Part shown: positions 13,721 through 26,849 of the stretch, in pieces | How the letters are laid out: each line of letters opens with the position of its first letter | Numbering within the stretch: the first letter of the stretch is position 1 | DNA from: Macrostomum lignano | Taxonomy: Eukaryota | Direction: 5' to 3' | Length of the DNA stretch: 64,000 bases | NCBI GenBank assembly: GCA_002269645.1 | Contig: NIVC01000176.1 | Location: 744,001-808,000, forward strand | Program-made: the position numbers and the translations under genes | Notes under the pieces: model-generated | What the model was told of the DNA's origin: nothing | Database searches by the model: none | What the model saw: the letters and a program-made list of their open reading frames with translations, nothing else

Positions 13721-14359
13721 CATCCAAAATAAAGTTATTAACAATCGATGCAAAATTCAAAGGAAGCATTGTTGTAACAAAAGATTTCGCCAGACAGAGC
13801 TGCTGTGTTAGCAAAGCCCGAAGGCAGCCAGCCTCACACGGCAGACAGATTATGCAGCGATATCGAGGACCTGCTGAGGGACAGTTCGACTTGCTTTTGC
13901 ACTGCGGGCATAAAAATAAAGAAACTCTTGTTGGATTCCAGATTTACAGGCAGGTTTTTCCATTCTTAGTCTAAAACTAATTTGGCGAATTTTAATCGGA
14001 TTCGTTAAAGAATCAGATTCCTATATTTTGCGCTACACCTGCGGTTTAGATTGTAACATGAGGTTGAACTCACAGCTGACCACCGCCATGCACATGAGCT
14101 GCATACTTGATAAATACGTTCCTCCTAAATAAGTCGGTAACTGCCATCTAGCTACTACTTTAAGTACTCGTAGCAAAGCAGCAGCTACGACAGCAATTAT
14201 TTTGTAGCCAAGCCAAACCGCACCCAAACCTCATTTATTTCAATTGGACGGTGGTAGCGCTGCCAATGGCAGACAATTGTGACGCAAATTAGCAAAAACA
14301 GATAAATGCCAGCAAAATGCGGCGCTCTCTGCCTTCCACAGCACCGAAATCGAGCCAAC

Positions 14360-15744
14360 ATGGAAGCTCTTTGGAGAATCCTGACAGCCATTGCAGCAGT
14401 TCTGATGCAGACCTTCGGCAGGTCCGCAGGCCGAAGCGAGAGCCTTGATGGGACCGAACAGGAGATCCTGGAAGCTGTTATGTCCGAAAATGAAGCAATA
14501 ATTTCACGATACCTGCAGACGGCTCCTAACGTCGATAGGCTCCTCAGCATCAATGGGATAACATTCTCACCGCTTCACATTGCATGCGAAATAGGAAAAG
14601 ACAAAATTGTCAAGATGTTCATTCAGGCCCAAGCTGACGTCAATATTCAAGAAGTCTATGGCTACTCACCTCTCTGGATTGCATCACAGAATGGTCACGA
14701 CCAAGTTGTGAGCTCACTCATCAAAGCACAAGCTGACGTCAGTCTTCAAGAAGTCGATGGCTGCTCACCTCTCTACATTGCATCACAGAATGGTCACCAC
14801 CAAGTTGTGAGCTCACTCATCAAAGCACAAGCTGACGTCAATCTTCAAAAAGTCAATGGCTATTCACCTCTCTACATTGCATCACATAATGGTCACAACC
14901 AAGTTGTGAGCTCACTCATCAAAGCACAAGCTGACATCAATCTTCAAGAAGTCGATGGCTCCTCACCTCTCTACATTGCATCACAGAATGGTCACCACCA
15001 AGTTGTGATCTCACTCATCAAAGCACAAGCTGACGTCAATCTTCAAAAAAACACTGGCGAGTCACCTATCTACATTGCATCACACCAAGGCTACCACCAA
15101 GTTGTGAGCTCACTTATCAAAGCACAAGCTGACGTCAATCTTCAAAATATCAATGGCTATTCACCTCTCTACATTGCATCACAGAATGGTCACAACCAAG
15201 TTGTGAGCTCACTCATCAAAGCACAAGCTGACATCAATCTTCAAGAAGTCGATGGCTCCTCACCTCTCTACATTGCATCACAGAATGGTCACCACCAAGT
15301 TGTGAGCTCACTCATCAACGCACGAGCTGATGTCAATCTTCAAGTAAACACTGGCGAGTCACCTCTCTACATTGCATCACAGAATGGTGACGAAAAAGTT
15401 GTGAGCTTACTCATCAACGCACGAGCTGACGTCAATCTTCAAAATATCAATAGCTATTCACCTCTTTACGTTGCATCACAGAATGGTCACGAAAAAGTTG
15501 TGAGCTCACTCATCAACGCACGAGCTGATGTCAATCAAGAAGTCCATGGCCGCTCACTTCTCTACATTGCATCACAGAATGGTCACCACAATGTTGTGAA
15601 CCTACTCACCAAAGCACAACAAGATGACGCCAATTCTGAGTATATTGGGAGTCAAAACTCCAGTGTACTTTGTTGTTGTTCGAGTCAAAAAGTAACTAAA
15701 ACTTCATCTGCTTTGGAAAAACCACCGAAAGAGCCAGAATTTGA
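14360..15744 (+). CDS. Exon 1 of the ANK-cGLR gene: hydrophobic N-terminus plus 11 ankyrin repeats (99-bp DNA units)
   Basis: Repeats of [28 protein letters not shown]. The ORF stop at 15746-15748 lies inside the GTAAGT donor. Confidence 0.9.
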
Positions 15745-18700
15745 GTAAGTTTCAATCCTTAATTTTTTGAATATTTTCTCTTTAATTCTCGTTCTCGTTT
15801 TTTAATAGCATTTATCTTTTAGTTTTTCGGGATTGAAAAAAATTCGTGCAATTTTCGGCGGCCAAACAAATAATTTTTGTTGAAATTTTAACAGAAATAG
15901 CACACAAACAGCGAAAGGCGAAAGAGAGAGAAAGGCTGAGTTAATATGGTTTTGACATTGTAATTATACTTTTACCCAGACGAAATAACAAAATATTTTG
16001 GCCATTATTCCCCAGTTTTGATGTGTACCATAGACATTTGGATTGAAAAAATCCATCGCTTAGTATTTTTGTTAATAAATACAGAACAACAAGAAGTAAA
16101 TGAACAAAAAGGAAAATCATTAAAACTAAAGTACCAAAGTATACTCGTGTTATGGCCATTATTTAACTCCGTAACATACTGTATAATCTACCATTGCTGA
16201 TTTCAGCACACTGGTAGGAAAAATGTTGACTGCCCTGCCGATTGGCCATTTAGCGAGGGGGAGGCCGCTATCTCAATAAACGCTCAGATCAACACCGTTT
16301 GCCCAATAAAGTTGAACCAACCATACCACAGACACTCTGCATGGACAGTCAGAGGAAATTGGACCATTTTCAAGAACAATCCATGCAGACATTTGCTCTG
16401 GACACTCATCCTCTAGACACTTGCCCCTGGGTCATGGACACTCAGCCCCGAGTCAATGGACTCAATGCTCACCCTATGGACCCACCTCCGGCCTGCCCAA
16501 CCCCACCTCCGGCCTGCCCAACCCCACCTCCGGCCTGCCCCATCCCACCTCCGGCCTGCCGCACCCCACCTCCGGCCTGCCCCACCCCACCTCCGGCCTG
16601 CCCAACCCCACCTCCGGCCTGCCCAACCCCACCTCCGGCCTGCCCCATCCCACCTCCGGCCTGCCGCACCCCACCTCCGGCCTGCCCCACCCCACCTCCG
16701 GCCTGCCCAACCCCACCTCCGGCCTGCCCAACCCCACCTCCGGCCTGCCCAACCCCACCTCCGGCCTGCCCCATCCCACCTCCAGCCTGCCGCACCCCAC
16801 CTCCAGTATGCCCCAGACCACCTCCAGTCTGCTCCACTTCAGCTTCACTGCTTTAAAACTCAATTCTAAGTCCTCGTCTTTGAATGGACCCTTTAATTCC
16901 TCTTACTCAATAATTCTAATAATTAATTACACCTGCCCCAGTGGCCAGATGTGCAACCGACAGCTCAGCCGCAGCTATTGCACGGCGCATCTGAAGGCTG
17001 AGTACGGCTGTTCAGTCCAATGACTGGGGGGTCGACACACACACACCCTCAATTACCCCAGCTAATGCTGGCACCCATTTTACAGCTGGGTGAACTGAAG
17101 CAATGCAGAGTCAAGTGTCTTGTGAAGTGATACATTTTGGCCCTAAAAGTTCCTATCCAGCTCAGTAGTAGGCAAGAGGGAAGTTCTAACACAAAATTGC
17201 CAAAAATTAGCCTTTTCCCCTTAGCTCAACATCTACTAAAATCTATCCATACACAATGCGCTTACATCTAAAATCAGCTATCACCATGCAATACCTACAA
17301 CCGCTGATCTAAGGGGAAAAACCAGTCAGCCACCCCCTTCCGACCCCTTCCATAAATGCACTGTTCGGGAGAGCTGCCCGATGCTACACAAATTAGTCAG
17401 TTAACCCTTCTAAAGCTGCACGTTTTTCACCAACAACTCACATTTTAGATGCAGTCTCAGCGACTCAGAGCTGAGCGAGCAGCTGCACTCAGCACTGGAG
17501 CAGTCAGGCTTCACCGAATCCCGAGCCGCATTGCAGAGCGCGGCTGCCGATGCCCTGCAGCAGATTCTGAGAAGTCGACTGAGCAAAAATCCATTTTTTG
17601 TGGTCGGCAGCTACTCAGAAGGCTGGGGCAACAGCCTGACGACACTGGATGGCAGAACTGACGCCAATTCCGACATTGATGTGATGTATTTGATTCCCGG
17701 CCGAGAATACCACCTGAAGGACCTGTGCGAGTGCGATGGAGCTCCGGAGCAGCACGAGCTGGTGAACGGGCACATTCAGTGCTCAGGATTCGGTGAGTTC
17801 TCTCTTAGGGTGTGAGATGGTCTGTTAGTTCTGTTAGTGATTGCCGGAGATTCTTGCAGTGCAGACGTTTGCTTTTTGTGTGTCACACATTGGTGCAGAA
17901 ATTATAGCTGTATGCGATAGCTGAGCTCAGTAAGCAGATCTAAACAAGAACCTTACTGTCATCCTTTAGTCTTTCAACGTAAAAAACGCATGGGAAGTTC
18001 GATTTATTGATGCTGTCGGGTAGAAATCTGAATTGGAAAATTTTTGTCTGTATTTTGCCCCATCGGGAACTAATCGTCTTTACAGCCTCCAATCCTGCCA
18101 GTACAAAACCCGGTTTCACACTGAGGCCAGCGCTGGACAATGTCTCCGCGTGCCGTCTCTGCCGCTATCCGCCCATCGCACCGCTGCTGCCAAACCGCGT
18201 CTTCAACATCCCCCATCCGGTGCTGGAGGCCCTCCGCAATGCTCTCACCTCCGCCTCATCGCCCTGCCACGTGGTGCACGCAGCCTCTCCTGACCGAGGC
18301 GGCGAAGAGCTCCGCGTGAGCACCAGCTTCCTGGAGAACCGGATGCTGCGAAGTCTCACTACCCTGCAAGGTCAACTGTTCGTCACACTCAAATACCTGG
18401 TCAAGAAGGTCATCTGTCACAAGAATGGCTTCAATCAGCAAGGCTTGAAGTCCTACCACGTGAAGACCATCACCTTCCGAATGGTGGACGAGACGCCGGT
18501 CGAGCAGTGGAAGAAGGAGAACCTCGTGAGTCTCACGAGACAGTCGCTGCAGATGCTGCTCGACTGTGTGGAGAAGAGCCGAGAGCAGGACAGACAAACA
18601 CCTGACACACCTGACCGATCTCGGGGTCGCATCATGAATCATTTCTTTCTCAGCGATGCGGCCATCTACCTCAAGGGTGCGGGCAAGGAGAGAGTGGACC

Positions 18701-19479
18701 AGCATTTGGACGGCATCATGAGCACACTGAGAACAGTAATCGATCGGCTGCCCCAGCTGCTGCAGCAGTTCATCGGCAGTCTCAGACCTGTGAGCGACTC
18801 AGGCACATTCTACTTCCACCCGTTCCAAATCCTGCCGGATCTGAGGCCGATGCCGCTCACGGAGTCCAGTACTCTCGAGTACTATCAGATCTACGACGTG
18901 GCGAGAGAGTGTCTGGTGCGTCTCTCTTGCAGTGACTGCAGCCCGCGATCTCAGGAGTCGCTCACAGAGCTGATTGCCAGACTGCCAGACTGCGCCCTCT
19001 CAGCACGGGAGGCTCTCAGAGCGCTGGCTTGCCTGAAGTTCGGCTACCGAGGAACTGCAGAGAGAGTCGTGAGCTCGTGCTCAGGTCACTCGGTGAGCAG
19101 AGGCATCGCTTGGTCTCGTGAGAAGTCGGCGACTGAAGCGACTGTGGAGTTCGTGATGCGGCATCTGAGTAGCCGCGACTCGGCGTGGAAATTCTGCTTT
19201 GAGTTCGACCAGCGACCGAAACTCGAATTCTGGACAGGAGCTCTGGTGGAGTTTTTTCCCTTCCAGTTGACAGGCAGTTATAAGAGCAACTATTTTTACA
19301 TGAACTTTGACGCTTTGCTGTGGGCTCTGCGGCTAGAGCTGCGGACTGATGGAGAAGCGCGCGCTCAGGACTGGATCGGGGATGTGGCTGAGAGAGAGGA
19401 CTCGGATGAACAGGAGCTGCTGGTTGCCACTCCGTATTCTTCAAATCCGGAGCAGCGTCTGAAAATATTTAAGAAGTAG
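14360..19479 (+). CDS. Ankyrin-repeat + Mab-21/cGAS-like nucleotidyltransferase (cGLR-like) fusion protein. Exons 14360-15744, 17449-17792 and 18086-19479; about 1040 aa (alternative start 14306).
   Basis: Splice phases match: GA|gtaagt...ttttag|A (phase 2) and G|gtgagt...tacag|CC (phase 1). Eleven 33-aa ANK repeats. NTase signature VGSYSEG...SDIDVM, third acidic residue in [14 protein letters not shown], and Mab-21 motifs [12 protein letters not shown] and [11 protein letters not shown]. Confidence 0.88.
16478..16830. repeat. 21-bp C-rich minisatellite (CCACCTCCGGCCTGCCCAACC)n in intron 1 of the ANK-cGLR gene
   Basis: Seen directly. Confidence 0.93.
16930..17125 (+). mobile_element. Possible SINE or L2-type LINE 3'-tail fragment
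   Basis: GGCACCCATTTTACAGCTGGGTGAACTGAAGCAATGCAGAGTCAAGTGTCTTG resembles the widely conserved MIR/L2-type tail motif. Recognition only. Confidence 0.4.
17449..17792 (+). CDS. Exon 2 of the ANK-cGLR gene: nucleotidyltransferase GS and DxD active-site region
   Basis: [21 protein letters not shown]...[33 protein letters not shown], flanked by canonical splice sites. Confidence 0.88.
18086..19479 (+). CDS. Exon 3 of the ANK-cGLR gene: rest of the Mab-21 domain plus an uncharacterised C-terminal helical region
   Basis: ORF 18007-19479 entered at the acceptor tacag|; Mab-21 motifs as listed for the whole gene. Confidence 0.85.
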
Positions 19480-20430
19480 GAGACGATGGGAGCAGATCTT
19501 CAGAATTGGCTGAAGGTATATCGGAAGTAAGTGCAGAAAGAAGCAGAGGAAAAAATGGCATTTTTAGGACTGCTGGACAGTGAAAGCTGCAGGAAGTGTT
19601 TTTAATGCATATAAACATTTTTTGCTTTTGATGAGTTGCTAATTAATATTCGATTTTAAAACTTTAAACTTCAGCCCCGAATTTCATGCTTGCTGTTTTC
19701 AATTTGCTTTTTAATCCACTGAAGTACGACTTGGAGTGCAGAACATCAGCTAGGAGTGCAATATAAAGCCACACTGAAAATTCGCTAGGCAAAATCTGCA
19801 ACAAAACATTTGCTCCCATTTGAGAGGCTTAAGGGGGGGCAATATATTTGCTATTTCCCCAAATTTTAGATTTCGCTACTCCGAGAACTCTTGCTAATTA
19901 ACATATTTTAGTTTCAGTTTGTTGCATGAAATTTTTAGTAATAAAGAACAATAGCAGTGCCATTTTCGTTGAATTTGATGGAAATTCTTATTTTATACCA
20001 AAATTATCAGCTCAGCAATATTTTAGCAAACATATGTACATAAACTTCTCATTAACAAATTTATCTAATTACAATTTCGTCCGCAGCCCACCGACCGCTT
20101 TTGCACTCTTATATTTTAGAGCACCACATTGTTTTAATTCCCCCGTGGTTTGATTGCTGTAGTAAAAATAAAGAAGTAATATTTACAGTTTTATAGCAAA
20201 TCCTTTAAATATTGCTCTGTGTTTGTTTAAATGTTCCGTAATCATATTCTGCTTTCTTGTTCAATATTTCTACTGCTTTGCTCTCTTATCTAATTTTTTG
20301 TTTGGATATATTTTACTCACATTCATGAAGACATCTATGAAAGGTAAATTCCTTGCTGGAATTTGTCTCTAGCTATTATTGAACACGAAAGCTCCTGTTA
20401 AATACTCCTTGCTTTATCGAAAAAATAGAG

Positions 20431-21159
<729 letters not shown>

Positions 21160-22034
21160 CGATGAGTTAGTCGGCCCATTTTTATTTTAACGAGCTTTGC
21201 ATTTTGCATTCTTGCCACCTGCAACAGACAGGCGTGAGCCACACTGAATGGCCTGAGAGCCATAAAACTCTGAGATACGAGCATGATTACAATGGATTTT
21301 TTATGTCACAATAAGTGAGTGCAGTCTTGAGCGGGTGGTTAGAGAGGCAGCTCAACCTCAAGAAGTAATTATCTCTGCTCGCTCGCTATTCTCAGGCTGC
21401 AGTTTAAATTCGAGCGCAGTGCAGCCTCAGTGGTTGCCGGGGGCAACCAGCGATGCTGTGCTCGGTCTGTTTTGAGTAGTGAGCTGGGTGGAGTTGCATT
21501 CTAGCCAGACTTGTTTATCGTCTCTGAGGCAGGCTCTGCGGGCGGTTGGGTGGTTCGAGAGGCTAGTATGGGGCGATTGCGAACTCAAAGCAGTTGTCTC
21601 TTTGCCAGCTTTTACCTTGCCGAGCAGGGTGGGGCCGTTTTAGATGAAGGTTGGAGACTGCGAGCGCATTTTCAGTGCTTTCCTTTCATAATTTTGCCTC
21701 AGGCGCTGCTCTGCTTTAGCTGCAGTGGATGCAGCAGCGGGGTAGGACAGATTTACAAGCTGCGTTTTTCAAAAAGCTTGACTCAGAAATAAGAGATGAA
21801 ATGCATCTGCAGACCTTTAAATTAATGAATGTTTGCAGGAGGGCTGCGGCGATCATCTAAGTCGATCAATAAAACGGATTCGAAAGGTTGGCAGATGTTT
21901 AGCAGAAAAAGCGAAGCTGCCGGTTGCAAAGCTGCAGAGCAGGTGGAAGCTGCCCCTCTATAGCTGGAATATCTGAAAGCACCACCTCCGGTCTCTCTGC
22001 TCTTATCGAATTTGTTTTTAAGGCAGCTTTAATA

Positions 22035-22987
22035 GCAGTTCCCAAGCATTAATCCCGTCAGTTCCTGAGCATTAATCCCATCAGTTCCCAAGCATTAATC
22101 CCGTCAGTTCCTGAGCATTAATCCCATCAGTTCCCAAGCATTAATCCCGTCAGTTCCTGAGCATTAATCCCATCAGTTCCCAAGCATTAATCCCGTCAGT
22201 TCCTGAGCATTAATCCCATCAGTTCCTGAGCATTAATCCCATCAGTTCCTGAGCATTAATCCCATCAGTTCCTGAGCATTAATCCCATCAGTTCCCGAGC
22301 ATTAATCCCATCAGTTCCTGAGCATTAATCCCATCAGTTCCTGAGCATTAATCCCATCAGTTCCCAAGCATTAATCCCGTCAGTTCCTGAGCATTAATCC
22401 CATCAGTTCCCAAGCATTAATCCCGTCAGTTCCTGAGCATTAATCCCATCAGTTCCTGAGCATTAATCCCATCAGTTCCCGAGCATTAATCCCATCAGTT
22501 CCCAAGCATTAATCCCATCAGTTCCCAAGCATTAATCCCATCAGTTCCCGAGCATTAATCCCATCAGTTCCCAAGCATTAATCCCATCAGTTCCCGAGCA
22601 TTAATCCCATCAGTTCCTGAGCATTAATCCCATCAGTTCCCGAGCATTAATCCCATCAGTTCCTGAGCATTAATCCCATCAGTTCCTGAGCATTAATCCC
22701 ATCAGTTCCCGAGCATTAATCCCATCAGTTCCTGAGCATTAATCCCATCAGTTCCTGAGCATTAATCCCATCAGTTCCCGAGCATTAATCCCATCAGTTC
22801 CCAAGCATTAATCCCGTCAGTTCCCGAGCATTAATCCCATCAGTTCCCGAGCATTAATCCCATCAGTTCCCGAGCATTAATCCCATCAGTTCCCGAGCAT
22901 TAATCCCATCAGTTCCCGAGCATTAATCCAATCAGTTCCCGAGCATTAATCCCATCAGTTCCCGAGCATTAATCCCATCAGTTCCTG
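22035..22987. repeat. 23-bp minisatellite (AGCATTAATCCCATCAGTTCCCG)n
   Basis: Seen directly. Confidence 0.96.
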
Positions 22988-24024
22988 AGGAAAGTGTCTG
23001 TTATTTTTAGAGAGACCTGGCATTAAAGAGTGCCATTTGATGTCTGAAATCAAAGCCGCTTGCCTTTGCTACCCCAAGAAAAAACCGAACTGCTTTGGAG
23101 GAAAAAGCACAAGCGATAGAAATGAATATTAGAGAAAATGAGAATAAGTTTGGCTGGTGCAAAATATTTTTGCAGAGCAGCAGCGGAAAGAGTCTGCAGA
23201 ACTCCATGTCTGAGTCTTCTCTCAAGCTTTTTCTTGTTTTCCTTTCCTGCAGCCATGGCTAGAGAGAGCTGAGTTCGCTCCCCTGGTCGTCGAAGAGACA
23301 TCAAAATGCGAAATCTGAGGGGTGCTACGAGCTGCACACATTCTAGCTTTTATTTTCCTGTCATCTTCTGCTCACCTGACAGAAGGGCTGCCCAACACAC
23401 TGGCCTCTAAAGGCCCCATTATGAGTGCGAGGCTATCATCTCAAACTCACCGAACCGAACCGAAAATTATTCAAATTAAGGCACTGTATTTTATTGTCGA
23501 TGAGAACGCATAGGCACAATGCAAAGCAATGGGTGGTTTGGGCAGGGCAGGGTTGGCGCTCATGCTGTTTATCTCTGTCAGGTTGCTAGGCAACCATCAA
23601 CCCCCCCCCCACTCCAAAGCATTTGCTGCGAGTCTTCTGTGCCACGCGTTCGCAGGCTGCTGGCTCGGCTCTCAAACCTCTCATCTTGGCTATTGTCCTT
23701 TGGGCATTGAGGCCGGCTGGTCTGGAGCTGGGCTGCTTGGGTAGCTGCGGTCGGGACGGGTAGAGGTGGCTGCTTTTTCCGCTCCGGTGTGAGCTGCGCT
23801 TCTCCAGTGCTTGCAGGCAGCTCCGATTCCACTCAATAAACAGCCCACCAAACTGCAGACAGAATACATTTGCTTAAGCCTTTAATAGCTAAATATATAT
23901 TTGAGCCTAAAAAGAAAATTATTATGCCGATAAAATACAAGCTGCAGTGAAGCCGATACACACTACTCTTGTAGTCAAGATTTCAGTAAGCAAGTAGCGA
24001 ATTTTAATTTCTAGATTTTTTGTG

Positions 24025-24560
24025 TTTCTCTTGGTGGGCGCCTCTGTCTCTTGGTGGGCGCCCCTGTCTCTGTGGTGGGCGCCCCTGTCTCTTGGTGGGC
24101 GCCCCTGTCTCTTGGTGGGCGCCCCTGTCTCTTGGTGGGCGCCCCTATCTCTGTGGTGGGCGCCCATGTCTCTGTGGTGGGCGCCCCTGTCTCTTGGTGG
24201 GCGCCCCTGTCTCTTGGTGGGCGCCTCCGTCTCTGTGGTGGGCGCCCCTGTCTCTTGGTGGGCGCCTCTGTCTCTGTGGTGGGCGCCCCTGTCTCTGTGG
24301 TGGGCGCCCCTGTCTCTTGGTGGGCGCCCCTGTCTCTGTGGTTGGCGCCCCTGTCTCTTGGTGGGCGCCCCTGTCTCTTGGTGGGCGCCCCTGTCTCTTG
24401 GTGGGCGCCCCTGTCTCTTGGTGGGCGCCCCTATCTCTGTGGTGGGCGCCTCTGTCTCTTGGTGGGCGCCCCTGTCTCTGTGGTGGGCGCCCCTGTCTCT
24501 TGGTGAGCGCCCCTGTCTCTGTGGTGGGCGCCCCTGTCTCTGTGGTGGGCGCCCCTGTCT
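24025..24560. repeat. GC-rich 20-22-bp minisatellite (GGTGGGCGCCCCTGTCTCTT/CTGT)n
   Basis: Seen directly; related units recur at about 56850-56975. Confidence 0.95.
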
Positions 24561-25294
24561 CGAAAGTGAGCTCCTGTCATTGTTTGGCTTGGTGATCTCA
24601 ATTCTTCATTGATAATAAAATAATTTGATAGCAATTTTTAAGTCTGGGCACTGAGAGGAGCAATTCAAGCCAAAAGTTAACAGACAGACACAGACAAAGC
24701 TGAGCATGCGAGCTGAAATGCTTTTAATTCAGTGCAGATGCACTTGCTGCACAGTTCCTTCACTTCACAAGCTCGACACTTCACAGCTATTGTCAAAAGG
24801 CCCTTCTGGTTACTTTTCAAAATCGTTGAAAACTCAAACGTGAGTCACTTTAACAACTAAGGAACTTCAGTGTGTCGCAAACTTGTCAGCCACTTTACTT
24901 AAAACTTCATTCATGATTTCGCTATGTAAAATTTTTGATGTTGCAAAGTCTTTGAGCTTTTGAAGTTGACTCTGTCAGCAGCTGAATGGATTATGAAATT
25001 AATTTTACATAAGACACCACACCAAAACGGTTGCATGGATATTAAAATCCTTGATGAGCCACTCCGTCAGCCTGGTGGCAACTGCCATGCCATTCCAATA
25101 TTTGTTGCAGAATAAGCACTTGGGGAAGCCAAGATGGTTTCCATAGCAACTGCATGACTGACTAATGTTGCGTGTGAATCGCACAGCACTTTGTGTCTGC
25201 GGTTGCTTCGGGTCAGGTCATGAGCAGCCATCGATGAGACATCGAACTCCACACGACTGATGTACAGAGGAATGAAAATTATCTAAAAATGGAG

Positions 25295-26615
25295 TCATCA
25301 AGGATAATTTGTGTAAAAATTGTGTCATCAATGAAATTCATGTAAAAATTGTGTCATCAAGGATAATTTATGCGAAAATTGTGTCCTCTAGGAAAATTTA
25401 TGTAAAAACTGTGTCACCAAGGAAATTCATGTAAAAATTGTGTCATCAATGAAATTCATGTAAAAATTGTGTCATCAAGGATAATTTGTGTAAAAATTGT
25501 GTCATCAAGGATAATTTGTGTAAAAATTGTGTCATCAAGGATAATTTATGTAAAAATTGTGTCATCAAGGATAATTTGTGTAAAAATTGTGTCATCAAGG
25601 ATAATTCATGTAAAAATTGTGTCATCAAGGATAATTTGTGTAAAAATTGTGTCATCAATGAAATTCATGTAAAAATTGTGTCATCAATGAAATTCATGTA
25701 AAAATTGTGTCATCAAGGATAATTTGTGTAAAAATTGTGTCATCAAGGATAATTTGTGTAAAAATTGTGTCATCAAGGATAATTTATGTAAAAATTGTGT
25801 CATCAAGGATAATTTGTGTAAAAATTGTGTCATCAAGGATAATTCATGTAAAAATTGTGTCATCAAGGATAATTTGTGTAAAAATTGTGTCATCAAGGAT
25901 AATTTGTGTAAAAATTGTGTCATCAAGGATAATTCATGTAAAAATTGTGTCATCAAGGATAATTTGTGTAAAAATTGTGTCATCAATGAAATTCATGTAA
26001 AAATTGTGTCATCAAGGATAATTTGTGTAAAAATTGTGTCATCAAGGATAATTTATGTAAAAATTGTGTCATCAAGGATAATTTATGTAAAAATTGTGTC
26101 ATCAAGGATAATTTATGTAAAAATTGTGTCATCAAGGATAATTCATGTAAAAATTGTGTCATCAAGGATAATTCATGTAAAAATTGTGTCATCAAGGATA
26201 ATTCATGTAAAAATTGTGTCATCAAGGATAATTCATGTAAAAATTGTGTCATCAAGGATAATTTGTGTAAAAATTGTGTCATCAAGGATAATTTATGTAA
26301 AAATTGTGTCATCAAGGATAATTTGTGTAAAAATTATGTCATCAAGGATAATTTATGCAAAAATTGTGTCATCAATGAAATTCATGTAAAAATTGTGTCA
26401 TCAAGGATAATTTATGTAAAAGTTATGTCAAAAGAAAAATTAATGTAAAAATTGCGTCATCAAGGATAATTTATGTAAAAGTTGTGTCAAAAGAAAAATT
26501 AATGTAAAAATTGTGTCATCAAGGATAATTTATGTCAAAATTGTGTCATCAAGGATAATTTATGTAAAAGTTATGTCAAAAGAAAAATTAATGTAAAAAT
26601 TGTGTCATCAAGAAA
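25295..26615. repeat. 30-bp AT-rich minisatellite (AAAATTGTGTCATCAAGGATAATTTATGTA)n with a periodic shorter variant
   Basis: Seen directly. The variant unit ...TCATCAATGAAATTCATGTA recurs at intervals, indicating higher-order structure. Confidence 0.95.
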
Positions 26616-26849
26616 ATTCAGTCCAGTTTTGAAAGACTTTATGCCTTTGCCCTGTTCCGGCTGGCAAACCGGGTGGACCCAAGTTCTAACATTCATCCAG
26701 TTATGCTGCGGAAAGCAGGTTCATCTATAAGATATGCAACAGTTGTCAGGTCCGTAGCTCGTGTTGGTCAGTAGAATTCCCACCCAGGCATCACTCCCAA
26801 TGCCGGTGAGTGCCAATGGGCTGCTGACTCAGTGCAACTCCTGGGGCTT

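Noticed and set aside
24700-25260. Minus-strand broken reading frame with Cys-rich and helical peptides
   Set aside because: It has multiple stops and no recognisable family, so it cannot be supported as a gene or pseudogene.
25295-26615. 30-bp repeats of CRISPR-like length
   Set aside because: The units are head-to-tail with no unique spacers; this is an ordinary minisatellite.
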